From: Nitrospirales bacterium
GTDB lineage: Bacteria > Nitrospirota > Thermodesulfovibrionia > Thermodesulfovibrionales > Dissulfurispiraceae
DNA length: 34,431 bases
Direction: 5' to 3'
Assembly (NCBI GenBank): GCA_020846375.1
Contig: JADLDZ010000110.1
Span: 1-34,431, forward strand
Shown: positions 9,504-19,090 of the stretch, piece by piece
Layout of the letters: each line of letters opens with the position of its first letter
Position numbering within the stretch: the first letter of the stretch is position 1
Made by a program: the position numbers and the translations under genes
The notes under the pieces: generated by a model
Databases searched by the model: none
Told to the model about the DNA's origin: nothing
What the model saw: only the letters and a program-made list of their open reading frames with translations

Positions 9504-9610
9504 GTTCCACGGGGAACACCTAAGGGCGGAGAGAGACAGAATAAAAATAGATAACGACAGAATGAGACAGAGTAAAACAGAAAAAAGGAAAACAGCAGTT
9601 CTCTGTCTTC
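9504..9610 (+). repeat. Copy A of a roughly 100-bp repeat element
   Basis: It reads GTTCCACGGGGAACACCT...AGAATAAAAATAGATAACGACAGAATGAGACAGAGTAAAACAG. It matches the reverse complement of 10975-11091 with scattered mismatches and small indels. Confidence 0.7.
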
Positions 9611-9629
9611 CTTTGTCTTAATTCTTTAC

Positions 9630-9662
9630 CTGTTTTCCTCTGCCTTGCTCTGTCGCTATCTG
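9630..9662 (-). repeat. Copy B, a partial inverted copy of the repeat core
   Basis: The plus strand CTGTTTTCCTCTGCCTTGCTCTGTCGCTATCTG is an imperfect reverse complement of the core at 9548-9580. Together with copy A it can form a long imperfect hairpin just after the GNAT stop. Confidence 0.55.
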
Positions 9663-9723
9663 TCTCACCCTGATTTACTCTTCTTTAGACAAATATCTCC
9701 TCTGGAACAAGCTCCACATACAT

Positions 9724-10618
9724 TCAGCCGGGCTGGCGCTCATCAAAGGATTTGTATGCGTTGATAACCGAAGTGAGAGGTTCAATATTCAAAAACACCT
9801 TCTCCGGGGCAACCGTCCCGCTTTTTACCATTTCAAACAGGAGAGGGATATATTTCCGATGGGGGCAATTCCCTCCATTGATAGTAAGATTCTTGAAGGT
9901 CGCCTGTCCGACGGGGAAAAACTGCATGGTTTCAGGGTAACACCCGATATAGAGAGAGTGCCCGCCTTTGCCGCCGCCTCGACAGCCCACTGAACGGCTT
10001 GGGAGTGGGCATCTCCGGGCGCCCATGAGGCTCCTTGAGGGCTGGTTTTGGGGGCAACTTTCTTCAACTCCTGCTGGAACTGCTCCTTCCGTTGCTCCGC
10101 TTTTTGTGCTGTAGGCCCCTTTTCGGCATGCACCGCATCGATTACCCTATCGACCCCGATTCCGCCCGTAAGGATCAGAATGGCCTCGATAGGGTTCTCC
10201 TGCTCAAAATTGATAACCTCTGCCCCTGTGACTTTGCCATATCGAGTCGTGGGGACACACGGTCCACGGCGATAACCCTCCAGGCATCCATCAGGAAGGC
10301 GCTCAAAATTGCAAACTGTCCCACCGGGCCACACCCGAAAACGGCAACGGTGTTCCCTGGCTCGATTTCTGCGAGGTAGACACCGAAGTACCCTGCCCGG
10401 CAGTAGGAGCAGTAGTCGCACGCAATGGTGCTTGCGATCACGACCCGGGCTCCATTCCCGCTATAGATCGTCTATAGTTCCGCGCACCATATGCAGATCA
10501 GTCCCGCATGTGGCGCTTGCGGTGATCTGTACAATCGCATCGTTCGGCCTTGGATTTTCGGGTCTGACACATCCTCCAACCTGATATCTCCCACAGCATG
10601 GAAAACCACTGCTTTCAT
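9724..10618 (-). pseudogene. Decayed Zn-dependent alcohol/formaldehyde dehydrogenase (MDR family)
   Basis: Fragments lie in three frames: MKAVVFHAVGDIRLEDVSDPKIQ, then a frameshift to PNDAIVQITASATCGTDLHMVRGT, then VIASTIACDYCSYCRAGYFG and EPGNTVAVFGCGPVGQFAI...VIAVD...GVDRVIDAV...NAYKSFDERQPG. Internal segments are missing, including the catalytic GHE region. Confidence 0.8.
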
Positions 10619-10974
10619 CGCGCACCCTCCCTTTTCCTTCGTATCTGCTCTTTCTTAACCCTTCTCTGCATTCTCCGCGGGGATGCAGAATCCCTCCTGC
10701 TTTCCTCCTGAGTACCTCGCAGAGAGACCATCTCCCACTACTTATACATCCGCGGACCAGCTTCTCCCTCACCCCGCAAGGGGGAAGGAACTGCTTTTGA
10801 AGAAACCCTCTTATAGTCGTTGGGGGTGAGACCTTCTGGAGTAGGAAAAAGCAGTCGAGGAGGAAGAAACCGGGATATCGCCCGATTCGTTTTTGCAGGA
10901 TACAGCCGGTACCGCGCTCTGCCCATTTCTCTCCTCTGAGTATATCTCCCCCGTTTCCCCATGGCAAGCAAGGC

Positions 10975-11091
10975 AGAAAAAGACAGACAGCAGTTCTCAC
11001 GTTTCTGCCTTACCCTGTTTTATTCTGCCTCATTCTGTCGTTATCTGTTTTTATTCTCTCTCTTTCTACTTTCAGGTGTTCCCCGTGGAAC
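10975..11091 (-). repeat. Copy C of the roughly 100-bp repeat element, inverted relative to copy A
   Basis: The reverse complement reads GTTCCACGGGGAACACCTGAAAGTAGAAAGAGAGAGAATAAAAACAGATAACGACAGAATGAGGCAGAATAAAACAG... Confidence 0.7.
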
Positions 11092-11121
11092 AAAAAAGGA
11101 CCCTGTCGCAGCCCACAGCGA

Positions 11122-11141
11122 AGTATGATTTGTCTCATACT
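11122..11141. promoter_or_regulatory. Candidate operator palindrome upstream of the Cys-rich gene and hemH
   Basis: AGTATGA-N6-TCATACT is a perfect 7-bp inverted repeat, 32 nt upstream of the ATG at 11173. Confidence 0.3.
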
Positions 11142-11172
11142 CTTACAGGCCCTGTTTTGTTAGAGTTTAATC

Positions 11173-11421
11173 ATGAAAGAAAGTTGTCCCGGAAGCAGAG
11201 AAATAAGGAACCCGTATCCGGAAGAACTCGTATGTGCCTTCTGCACGCACAAAAACGAGATCTGGACGGACGAACCGGATACGGTGTGCAAGGCATGCGG
11301 GAAGACCATTACACGGGATATGGCTCCCTCGTGCCTCTTGTGGTGCCCTGCGGCAAAGGAATGTGTCGGTGCAGAGAAATACGAGAGGCTTGTCAGGAAA
11401 TTACACGAGCAAGGGTCTTGA
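11173..11421 (+). CDS. Small Cys-rich (zinc-ribbon-like) protein
   Basis: 82 aa with CPGS, CAFC, CKAC and SCLLWCPAAKEC motifs. It resembles the 'cysteine-rich small domain' seen next to tetrapyrrole genes. The assignment is from memory only. Confidence 0.5.
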   Translation: MKESCPGSREIRNPYPEELVCAFCTHKNEIWTDEPDTVCKACGKTITRDMAPSCLLWCPAAKECVGAEKYERLVRKLHEQGS

Positions 11422-11454
11422 TTCCTTCTCCCTATATCCTGTATTCTTTAGTGC

Positions 11455-12447
11455 GTGACCGGCGTAATCCTTCTCAATCTGGGCGGCCCCGACTCCCTCG
11501 ATGCGGTACGGCCGTTTCTCTGTAATCTCTTTTCAGACAGGGATATCATCAGACTTGGTCCCCCTCTTCTGCAGAAGCCCCTTGCCTCCCTGATTGTACG
11601 CATGCGCTTGCAAAAGGTGAGGGCAGCCTATGCGCGCATTGGCGGCAGATCCCCCCTTCCCGCTATCACCTTCGCTCAGGCGAAGGCACTGGAAGATATG
11701 CTGAACAAGAGGGTTCCGGCAGGAACGAATACCGCTACCACCGGCGCTCTTGCCCCTTTCCGGGTGTATACCGGTATGCGGTACTGGCATCCTCTTATAG
11801 AAGACACCGTGGCGCAGATGTACCGCGAGGGCATCGGGAGGGTGCTAGCCCTCAGCCTCTATCCCCACTATTCCGTGGCGACCACCGGATCCTCGGTTAA
11901 AAGCTTCAGGAAAGCAGCATCAAGATACCCCTCGGAATATCGTTGCGTCTCCTCATCATGGTTCGATCATCCCGGATACATCGCTGCCGTGGTGGAAAGT
12001 ATCCGGCAGGGCATCTCCCTCTTCTCTGAAAAGCCAACCCTTCTTTTCAGCGCTCACAGCCTTCCACAGAAATTCATTGATGCCGGTGATCCCTATGATA
12101 AAGAGATACGGGGGACGATCGTAGAAGTCATGAAAAAGATCGGTGGCGAGTGGCACCTCTCCTACCAGAGCAAGACCGGTCCGGTAAAATGGCTCGAACC
12201 GACTACCGAGCATATGCTCCATACCCTCGCGCGAAAAGGGGTGCGCAGCCTTCTTATCGTACCCATCAGCTTCGTATCGGATCATATCGAAACCCTCTAT
12301 GAGATCGATATTCTTTACAGGAATTTGGCACGAGACCTTGACATGCGACTCGAAAGAACGGAATCGCTGAATACCTCGCCTCTGTTCATTGAGGCCCTTG
12401 CGGATATTGCTTTTAAAGAGATGGCAGAGGCTGGCTGGACACGGTAG
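11455..12447 (+). CDS. hemH: Ferrochelatase
   Basis: GTG start. The N-terminus reads GVILLNLGGPDSLDAVRPFLCNLFSDRDII. The C-terminal half has SAHSLP...YQS...GPVKWLEP...IVPISFVSDHIETL. Confidence 0.9.
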   Translation: MTGVILLNLGGPDSLDAVRPFLCNLFSDRDIIRLGPPLLQKPLASLIVRMRLQKVRAAYARIGGRSPLPAITFAQAKALEDMLNKRVPAGTNTATTGALAPFRVYTGMRYWHPLIEDTVAQMYREGIGRVLALSLYPHYSVATTGSSVKSFRKAASRYPSEYRCVSSSWFDHPGYIAAVVESIRQGISLFSEKPTLLFSAHSLPQKFIDAGDPYDKEIRGTIVEVMKKIGGEWHLSYQSKTGPVKWLEPTTEHMLHTLARKGVRSLLIVPISFVSDHIETLYEIDILYRNLARDLDMRLERTESLNTSPLFIEALADIAFKEMAEAGWTR

Positions 12448-12503
12448 GTCGCGTACGCGTCATGCTTTGAACCGTCTCCCTCCCCCGGAGGTCAGCAGTT
12501 CTT

Positions 12504-13016
12504 TCAGAGGCTGCTTGCAACGATTCTACCGGTTTCTTCTGCAAAGAGGTGGCAATCGACACGAATGGAATGATCCTTCAGATGTCCTTCCACCCGCTTT
12601 TTTGTCGCGTGGCACAATTTCCTGAGAATATCGAACCGCTTTCCGTAGTAGAGCCAGGGGAAAAGATCGTCGATGTCAGCGTTTTTGAAAGGCTGCAGTT
12701 CCTGGGAGGCGGCTCCCGAAGTACGCAGAAGGGCAAAAACATCTCCGGGATCGGGCCGGGAGGGTTTCCAGAGGGATGTCTTCAGGAGGCTCGACCACCC
12801 GAGCACCAGATGCATCCGGGAGGGATGCTCGACCAAGGCGGTGTTAAAAGCGGTGACAATCCCCTCAACAGCCTCGACGATGTCCGCTTCGGAGATAAGG
12901 TAGACTTCATCGCTGAAACGGAACAGCTCCTTATGCGCCTTCATGGAGGGCCCGCTGTCGCAGATAACCAGCTCGTGTTTCTCTTCAAGCCTCTCTATGG
13001 GGCACAGGAGCGCCAT
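12504..13016 (-). CDS. Hypothetical protein
   Basis: 170-aa ORF convergent with hemH. No motif was recognised and coding status is uncertain. Confidence 0.35.
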   Translation of the reverse strand: MALLCPIERLEEKHELVICDSGPSMKAHKELFRFSDEVYLISEADIVEAVEGIVTAFNTALVEHPSRMHLVLGWSSLLKTSLWKPSRPDPGDVFALLRTSGAASQELQPFKNADIDDLFPWLYYGKRFDILRKLCHATKKRVEGHLKDHSIRVDCHLFAEETGRIVASSL

Positions 13017-13149
13017 AGACTAATTGTACCATACCCGCTCCTCAGGAACGTACCGGCCTGCTGAAGATCTCCGTGAGTCTATTTTCGCGGGGCGAGGGTT
13101 CCTGCTCCCCCGGGGAGAGATCAACGACAGGGGGGACGGAAGCCGCATG

Positions 13150-14415
13150 TTATTTCAAGCGAAGAAATGCCAAAGATTCAATATGGTACGTCTGTGGAAA
13201 GAAATCGACCATCCTTACGGATTCCAGATCATACTGCTCCGAGAGCTTCCGCAGGTCCCTCGCCAGGGTTGCAGGGTTGCACGAGATATAGACAATCCTC
13301 TCCGGCAGCATCGCCAGTACCTTTTCCACTACCCTCCCGGTAAGGCCCGGACGGGGGGGATCCAGAATCAGCAGGTGAACGCGCTCCTGCACCACCGCCC
13401 TTTCGGCAGAGGAGTGAACAAACCGGCAATTTACGATCCTGTTCCGCTCCGCATTCCTCTTTCCGTCCTCTATTGCGGCAGGGTTCTCTTCGACAGCGAT
13501 CACCGTGTCCGCTCCGCCGGCAAGGGGCAGCGAGAAATTGCCCGCACCCGCGTACAGATCCAGCACGATTTTTCCTTTGAGGTGCTGCAGTTCCTTTTTC
13601 ATAAAGGCAACCACCTCTTGGTTCAGCCTCCAGTGGCTCTGGAAAAAGCTGAGGGGCGACACCGTATAGCAGAGCCCTCCGAGGGGAAAGCAGGTAAAGC
13701 GCTCGCCATATTTTATCAAACCGGCATCCCCGCACTCCACCCAGACCCCCGAAAAGCCCGCTCCCTGAAACAATGCAGCAAGGGCATCCGCATCTTTTCT
13801 CTCCCGGGCCGCAAGGCGTGTCTTTATCAGAACGAGGGTTTCCTCACCGCAGGTAAAGTGTATCTCTCTGATAGCGCTCAGGAACGGCACCCTCTTCCCC
13901 CTCAGGATCGCCCGTGCCGAGGAGAGGCCGCTGTTCACCGGATCAGCCATCAGGGGACACGCCTCAGCATCCACCACCTCCCGCGTCTTCTCCCGGTAAA
14001 AGCCGATCCTGACGCCCTCCGCCTTGAACTGTCCCCGGGAGCGATAATGCCAGGGATGCCTCTCGAAAAGGGAAAGGGAGAGCTCGGGCTCCCTGTGGGC
14101 CAGGCGCTTCAGGGCATCCTTCAGCACCTCCTCCTTCATTATTACCTGACGCTCATAGGATGCATACTGCATCTGGCAGCCTCCGCACAGTCCGAAAAGG
14201 CCGCACCGGGGCTCTCTCCTATCCGGGGAGGGCGTAATGATCCGCTGGGTCGAGGCGAGAGAGAAGTCGCGCTTCTGCTCCTCGATACGCACTTCAACCC
14301 GCTCCCCCGGCAAGGCGCCTTTTACCATCACCACCTTCCCCTGCCATCTGCCGAGGGAAAGGCCGCCGTAGACGGGTTTTTCCGTCGTAAGAGTAACTGT
14401 TGAGTGGTGTGGCAT
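13150..14415 (-). CDS. 23S rRNA (uracil-C5)-methyltransferase, RlmD/RumA family (TRAM + SAM methyltransferase)
   Basis: A TRAM-like N-terminus (GERVEVRIEEQKRDF) is followed by the Fe-S cysteine cluster CGLFGLCGGCQMQ. SAM motifs are LDLYAGAGNFSLPLA, ILDPPRPG and YISCNPATLARD. The start is taken at ATG 14415; the ORF extends to 14514. Confidence 0.85.
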   Translation of the reverse strand: MPHHSTVTLTTEKPVYGGLSLGRWQGKVVMVKGALPGERVEVRIEEQKRDFSLASTQRIITPSPDRREPRCGLFGLCGGCQMQYASYERQVIMKEEVLKDALKRLAHREPELSLSLFERHPWHYRSRGQFKAEGVRIGFYREKTREVVDAEACPLMADPVNSGLSSARAILRGKRVPFLSAIREIHFTCGEETLVLIKTRLAARERKDADALAALFQGAGFSGVWVECGDAGLIKYGERFTCFPLGGLCYTVSPLSFFQSHWRLNQEVVAFMKKELQHLKGKIVLDLYAGAGNFSLPLAGGADTVIAVEENPAAIEDGKRNAERNRIVNCRFVHSSAERAVVQERVHLLILDPPRPGLTGRVVEKVLAMLPERIVYISCNPATLARDLRKLSEQYDLESVRMVDFFPQTYHIESLAFLRLK

Positions 14416-14561
14416 GGCTTTTCTTTTCCTTCGGGCTTCTTTGGGTTTCTCCGGGATCTTCCGGGGGCATCTCCCCACTACTGCACAGGGGAGGCACGTC
14501 TTTAATTCTACCATACCGTGACTTTCCTCCCGTTTTATCCCCTGTATCTTCCTGAAATGGC

Positions 14562-14590
14562 TTGCATGATTCCCGTTTGCGTAGGATAAT
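14562..14590 (+). promoter_or_regulatory. Candidate distal sigma70-type promoter of the dnaJ operon
   Basis: TTGCAT, a 17-nt spacer, then GATAAT. Confidence 0.3.
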
Positions 14591-14639
14591 GTAACTATGG
14601 CGGCTTCTGCTTGTTATTCCCAAGTTTACATAATTTATC

Positions 14640-14668
14640 TTGACACGATTCAACTAAATTATTATTAT
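14640..14668 (+). promoter_or_regulatory. Candidate proximal sigma70-type promoter of dnaJ-hspR-clpB
   Basis: TTGACA (14640-14645), a 17-nt spacer, then TATTAT (14663-14668). A GAGGTGA Shine-Dalgarno sequence sits 7 nt before the ATG at 14695. Confidence 0.55.
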
Positions 14669-14694
14669 AAAAATCGTAGAGCAGAGGTGAGTCC

Positions 14695-15777
14695 ATGGCG
14701 ACAACAATGAAAGATTATTACCAGGTACTCGGGGTCAGCAAGGATGCTTCCCAGGACGACATCAAGAAAGCGTTCCGGAAGCTTGCGCGGAAGCACCATC
14801 CCGACCTAAACCCCAAAGACAAGGCCGCTGAAGAGAAGTTCAAGGAGGCCAATGAGGCCTACGCCGTGCTCGGCGACCCCCAAAAGAGGGCCGAATACGA
14901 CAAGGGCGGTACCACCTTCGAGCAATTCGGAGGCTACGAAAATTTCAGGGATTCCGGCGGGGGCGTCAACTTCGATTTCGGAGACATTTTCAGCGATATC
15001 TTCGGAGGGCGCCAAGCCGAAGAGCACCATTACACACGGGGCGAGGATCTCGTGATGGGTATAGAGCTCACCCTGGAGGAGGCGTTTACGGGGGTGACAA
15101 AACCGATCACCTTCACCCGCACCACCACCTGTGATGCCTGTGGCGGCAGCGGCGCGGAAACATACCAGACCTGTTCCCGCTGCAAAGGAACCGGACACAT
15201 CCAGAGCTCCCGTGGGTTCTTCAAGGTAGCCCAGCCCTGTTCTGAATGCGGCGGCACCGGACGAAAAGTCACCTCCGTGTGCAAGCGGTGCGGAGGAAGA
15301 GGGAAGAATGTCTTTACGGAAACAATGCGGGTGAAGATACCCGCCGGAGTCGACAACGGCTCCGTAGTGAAGATAAAAGGGAGGGGAAATACAGGGGTCG
15401 GGGGAGGCCCCGCCGGCAACCTGAATATCCAGATCTCCATAAAACCGCATCCCCTCTTCACCCGAAAAGGCAACGATATCAATGTACAGCTTCCGGTTAC
15501 CTTCGGCGAAGCCGCCCTCGGCGCAAAGATCGAGGTGCCTACCATTGACGGCACCGCCCTTATGAAGCTCCCCCCCGGAACACAGGGAGGACAGAAGTTC
15601 AAGCTTTCAGGGAAAGGTTTCGTCTCCCCGAAAACCAAGGGGCGGGGTGACGAATACGTGGAAATCAAGATAGCGGTTCCCAAGGACATTCCCGAACGGG
15701 CAAAGGAATCCATCCATGTCATCGAATCTCTCTACAAAGGGGACCCGCGGCGGGGAATGGGGAAGAGCAATGAGTAG
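14695..15777 (+). CDS. dnaJ: Molecular chaperone DnaJ (type I, with Zn-finger domain)
   Basis: J-domain sequence [33 protein letters not shown]. Four CxxCxGxG repeats are present ([32 protein letters not shown]). Confidence 0.95.
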   Translation: MATTMKDYYQVLGVSKDASQDDIKKAFRKLARKHHPDLNPKDKAAEEKFKEANEAYAVLGDPQKRAEYDKGGTTFEQFGGYENFRDSGGGVNFDFGDIFSDIFGGRQAEEHHYTRGEDLVMGIELTLEEAFTGVTKPITFTRTTTCDACGGSGAETYQTCSRCKGTGHIQSSRGFFKVAQPCSECGGTGRKVTSVCKRCGGRGKNVFTETMRVKIPAGVDNGSVVKIKGRGNTGVGGGPAGNLNIQISIKPHPLFTRKGNDINVQLPVTFGEAALGAKIEVPTIDGTALMKLPPGTQGGQKFKLSGKGFVSPKTKGRGDEYVEIKIAVPKDIPERAKESIHVIESLYKGDPRRGMGKSNE

Positions 15778-16126
15778 AAAAAAGCAGGGCAGCAGCAGCC
15801 CCCTTTATATGATCAGTGTGGCATCAAGGATCCTGGAAGTACATCCCCAGACCTTGCGGATGTACGAGAGGGAGGGTTTTGTTTCCCCCCACCGGATCAA
15901 CCGGCAGCGGCTCTACTCCGACGAGGACCTGGAGCGGCTGGACCTTGTGATACGGCTCACCAAGGAACTGGGAGTCAACAAGGCCGGGGTCGAAATTATT
16001 CTCAGAATGAGAAACCGGTTATCCCAGCTCCAGGAAGAAATGGGTGAAATTATGCGCTTCCTCGAAGAAGACGTACGACGCGACTTCGAAGAGCGCCTGA
16101 AAAAAATTCTTGGTGAGAGGGAATAG
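15770..16126 (+). CDS. hspR: MerR-family heat-shock repressor HspR
   Basis: The sequence reads [45 protein letters not shown]. It overlaps the dnaJ stop by 8 nt and sits between dnaJ and clpB. Confidence 0.85.
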   Translation: MSRKKQGSSSPLYMISVASRILEVHPQTLRMYEREGFVSPHRINRQRLYSDEDLERLDLVIRLTKELGVNKAGVEIILRMRNRLSQLQEEMGEIMRFLEEDVRRDFEERLKKILGERE

Positions 16127-16192
16127 AAGAAAAAGGCGGAGGTAGAGAGGCAACAAGGCACTATCTTTCGCCTGTGGCAAAGGAGGATACGA

Positions 16193-18835
16193 ATGAGACT
16201 CGACAAATTGACAGTCAAGAGCCAGGAAGCATTACAAGAGGCACAAGGGCTCGCCGGGAAAAAGGGGAACCAGCAGCTCGAGGTGGAGCACCTTCTGTAT
16301 GCGCTCCTGGAGGATGAATCGGGTATCGCCTGGCAGATTCTGCAGAGGATCGGGGTCGATATCAACAAACTGAAAGCGGATATTGATAGAGAGGTAGAAA
16401 GATTTCCAAAGGTTTCGGGGGCGACTCCCCTCGGGCAGCTCTACCTCTCTCCCCGGCTGAAGAGCGTTCTGGAGAAGGCGTATGAGGAAGCGACCCATCT
16501 GACCGACGAGTTTATCAGCGTAGAGCATCTGCTGCTCGCCATGGTGAACGTTCCGGGGCCCTCCGCGGATATCCTCAAGCGCTTCGGGGCCACTCCTGAT
16601 GCCGTGCTCGCCGCCATGCAGGAAATCCGGGGAGTGCACCGGGTGACGGACCCCGCACCGGAAGAAAAGTACCAGGCCCTTGCACGGTACGGAAAGGACC
16701 TCACCGACCTCGCCCGGAAAGGCAAGCTCGACCCGGTTATCGGGAGGGACGAGGAGATACGGAGGACGATCCAGGTGCTGTCGAGGAGGACCAAGAACAA
16801 TCCCGTGCTCATCGGTGACCCGGGCGTGGGCAAGACCGCCATGGCCGAGGGACTGGCACAGAGAATCGTGGCGGGAGACGTTCCCGAGACCCTCAGGGAC
16901 AAACGGCTGGTGTCCCTCGATATCGGGAGCATGGTGGCCGGAGCAAAGTACCGCGGCGAATTCGAGGAGAGGCTGAAAGCGGTCCTGAAAGAGATCGAGC
17001 AGTCCGAAGGAAAGGTGATCACCTTCATCGACGAACTCCATACCCTTGTGGGGGCAGGGGCAGCCGAGGGCGCGGTGGACGCCTCCAACATGCTCAAGCC
17101 CGCCCTTGCCCGTGGAGATCTGCGCTGCGTGGGTGCTACCACCGTGGACGAGTACCGGAAATACATAGAAAAAGATCCCGCACTGGAGAGGAGATTCCAG
17201 CCCGTTTACATCAAGGAGCCTTCGGTGGAGGATACCATCTCCATTCTCAGGGGCCTGAAGGAGAAGTACGAAGTGCACCACGGGGTGAAAATCAAGGATT
17301 CCGCCCTCGTCGCCGCTGCGGTGCTCTCGAACCGCTACATTACCGACCGCTTCCTCCCCGACAAGGCCATCGATCTTATCGACGAGTCGGCGGCACGGCT
17401 CAGGATGGAAATCGACAGCATGCCGGTGGAGCTCGATGAGATCGAGAGAAAGCTGCGGCAGTTCGAGATCGAAAAGCAGGCACTGCTGAAGGATGCCTCG
17501 GACGGGGCAAAGGAAAAACTGGAAAAGATAGGGCGGGAAATGACGGAACTCCAGTCCAGGAGAGACGCGCTGCGCGCCCAATGGCTCGGGGAGAAAGAGG
17601 GAATCCAGCGGATCAGGGACATCAAGGAGCAGATCGAACACACAAAAACTGAAGCAGAGGTCGCGGAAAGGGAGGGCAACCTGGGCAAGGCCGCCGAGCT
17701 CAAATACGGACGCATGCTCGAACTCCGGAACTCCCTCGACGAAGAGAACAAGAGGCTGCAGGAGACACAGTCCCGCAGGAAGATGCTGAAAGAGGAGGTC
17801 GACGAAGAGGATATTGCCGAGGTCGTCTCGAAGTGGACAGGAATCCCCGTCTCCCGGATGCTCGAATCCGAAGTGAGGAAGCTCATCGATATGGAGAGCA
17901 ATATACGGATGCGCGTGGTAGGACAGGACGAGGCGATCCGGGCGGTGGCGGATGCGATCCGGCGTGCGAGAGCCGGCCTGCAGGACCCCAACAGGCCCAT
18001 CGGCTCCTTCCTCTTTCTGGGGCCGACCGGGGTAGGGAAAACAGAGCTGGCGAAGGCCCTTGCGGAGTTCCTCTTCGATGACGAGTCAGCCATGATCCGC
18101 CTCGACATGTCGGAGTACCAGGAGCGCCATACCGTATCCCGGCTGGTGGGGGCGCCTCCGGGCTATGTGGGGTACGAAGAGGGTGGGCAGCTTACCGAGG
18201 CGGTACGGAGGAGACCATATTCCGTCATCCTCTTCGATGAGGTGGAGAAGGCGCATCCCGAGGTCTTCAACATCCTGCTGCAGCTCCTCGACGACGGCCG
18301 TCTGACCGACGGGCACGGACGCACCGTGGACTTCAGGAATGCAGTGGTCATCCTCACCTCGAATATCGGCAGCATCCATATCCAGGAGTACCTGGAGGAG
18401 AGGGCGAAGCGGCCTGTTGCGTACTGGGTGGATGCGGATAATGGACTGCGGGAGAGGGTCATGGAGGATCTGAAAAAGTTCTTCCGTCCCGAATTCCTCA
18501 ACAGGATCGACGAGACGATCATCTTCAATCCCCTGAGCGAAGCACTGCTCAAGCAGATCGTGGATATCCAGGTCTCCCGGATGAAAAAGTACCTGCAGGA
18601 CAAGAAGCTCGACATTCTCCTGACCGATGCGGCAAAGGAGCACATCGCCAGGGTGGGGTATGATCCCGTCTACGGGGCGCGTCCGCTGAAGAGGGCGATA
18701 CAGAAGGAGATCCTTAACCCCCTCGCCCTGAAGCTTCTTAACGGAACCTTCTCCGAGGGGGATACGGTCGAAGTGGATTACGAGGGGAATGCCATTACTT
18801 TCAACAAGATAGCAGTGGCTGAAATGGTATCGTAG
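16193..18835 (+). CDS. clpB: ATP-dependent chaperone/disaggregase ClpB
   Basis: 880 aa with a Clp N-domain, two AAA+ modules ([18 protein letters not shown]) and a long middle coiled coil. An AAGGAGGA Shine-Dalgarno sequence precedes the ATG. Confidence 0.97.
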   Translation: MRLDKLTVKSQEALQEAQGLAGKKGNQQLEVEHLLYALLEDESGIAWQILQRIGVDINKLKADIDREVERFPKVSGATPLGQLYLSPRLKSVLEKAYEEATHLTDEFISVEHLLLAMVNVPGPSADILKRFGATPDAVLAAMQEIRGVHRVTDPAPEEKYQALARYGKDLTDLARKGKLDPVIGRDEEIRRTIQVLSRRTKNNPVLIGDPGVGKTAMAEGLAQRIVAGDVPETLRDKRLVSLDIGSMVAGAKYRGEFEERLKAVLKEIEQSEGKVITFIDELHTLVGAGAAEGAVDASNMLKPALARGDLRCVGATTVDEYRKYIEKDPALERRFQPVYIKEPSVEDTISILRGLKEKYEVHHGVKIKDSALVAAAVLSNRYITDRFLPDKAIDLIDESAARLRMEIDSMPVELDEIERKLRQFEIEKQALLKDASDGAKEKLEKIGREMTELQSRRDALRAQWLGEKEGIQRIRDIKEQIEHTKTEAEVAEREGNLGKAAELKYGRMLELRNSLDEENKRLQETQSRRKMLKEEVDEEDIAEVVSKWTGIPVSRMLESEVRKLIDMESNIRMRVVGQDEAIRAVADAIRRARAGLQDPNRPIGSFLFLGPTGVGKTELAKALAEFLFDDESAMIRLDMSEYQERHTVSRLVGAPPGYVGYEEGGQLTEAVRRRPYSVILFDEVEKAHPEVFNILLQLLDDGRLTDGHGRTVDFRNAVVILTSNIGSIHIQEYLEERAKRPVAYWVDADNGLRERVMEDLKKFFRPEFLNRIDETIIFNPLSEALLKQIVDIQVSRMKKYLQDKKLDILLTDAAKEHIARVGYDPVYGARPLKRAIQKEILNPLALKLLNGTFSEGDTVEVDYEGNAITFNKIAVAEMVS

Positions 18836-18930
18836 GGAGCCTCCCCCTGATTGCACCCATGGGAGGGCGTGACAGGAGAAAATGCCCCCTCCTGCCGCGC
18901 CCTCCTCATCGGAGAAGATAGCGTCAAAAT

Positions 18931-18960
18931 TTGACAACAGGAGCGCCTTTTTGCTATAAA
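18931..18960 (+). promoter_or_regulatory. Candidate sigma70-type promoter for tRNA-Asn
   Basis: TTGACA (18931-18936), an 18-nt spacer, then TATAAA (18955-18960), about 20 nt upstream of the tRNA 5' end. Confidence 0.5.
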
Positions 18961-18979
18961 ACATAGATGTTCATTGATT

Positions 18980-19055
18980 TCCCGGGTAGCTCAGCTGGCA
19001 GAGCAGGTGGCTGTTAACCACCCTGTCGGGGGTTCGAGTCCCTCCCCGGGAGCCA
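18980..19055 (+). tRNA. tRNA-Asn (anticodon GTT), CCA encoded
   Basis: Hand-folded cloverleaf. The acceptor stem pairs TCCCGGG with CCCGGGA. The D-arm is GCTC/GAGC. The anticodon stem pairs GGTGG with CCACC, with loop CTGTTAA. The T-arm is GGGGG-TTCGAGT-CCCTC. The discriminator is G, followed by CCA. Confidence 0.95.
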
Positions 19056-19064
19056 AAATTCAAT

Positions 19065-19090
19065 CCGCTGATTTCAGCGGTTCTTATTTA
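19065..19090 (+). terminator. Rho-independent terminator after tRNA-Asn
   Basis: The hairpin pairs CCGCTG with CAGCGG (19065-19080) and is followed by TTCTTATTTA. Confidence 0.6.

Noticed and set aside
9530-9700. Short periodic ACAG-containing repeats that might suggest a CRISPR array or tandem repeat.
   Set aside because: The units are only 10 nt apart and degenerate, with no repeat-spacer organisation. They are better described as part of the roughly 100-bp inverted-repeat element. No CRISPR-like array was seen anywhere in the window.
10738-10971. Minus-strand fragment ...ISRFLPPRLLFPTPEGLTPNDYKRV reminiscent of an AraC-family C-terminal helix (FSRxF..xxGxTPxxYRR).
   Set aside because: Only a short match exists and its spacing is wrong, being about 8 residues too long. 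No second HTH is present. This is insufficient to annotate even as a pseudogene.
12326-12342. TGGCAC hexamer suggestive of a sigma54 -24 element.
   Set aside because: It is followed by GAGAC-CTTGA rather than N5-TTGC, and it lies inside the hemH coding sequence. Other TGGCAC occurrences, such as those in clpB and in the HDOD gene, also lack a -12 element.
16232-17641. Long antisense ORFs opposite real genes. Examples are 16232..17641, 17335..18108 and 18086..18964 opposite clpB, 13024..14403 opposite the RlmD-like gene, 5306..6442 opposite the GT2 gene, 829..1482 and 2283..3116 opposite rsmG and mnmG, and 25297..25974 opposite hsdM.
   Set aside because: The opposite strand carries unmistakable conserved proteins. 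The antisense translations are low-complexity, Arg/Pro/Gly-rich and without motifs, which makes them typical shadow ORFs of GC-rich coding DNA.
18836-18930. Possible clpB terminator hairpin, CCTCCC...GGGAGG at about 18840-18866.
   Set aside because: The loop is 15 nt and no T-tract follows. It is not convincing as an intrinsic terminator.
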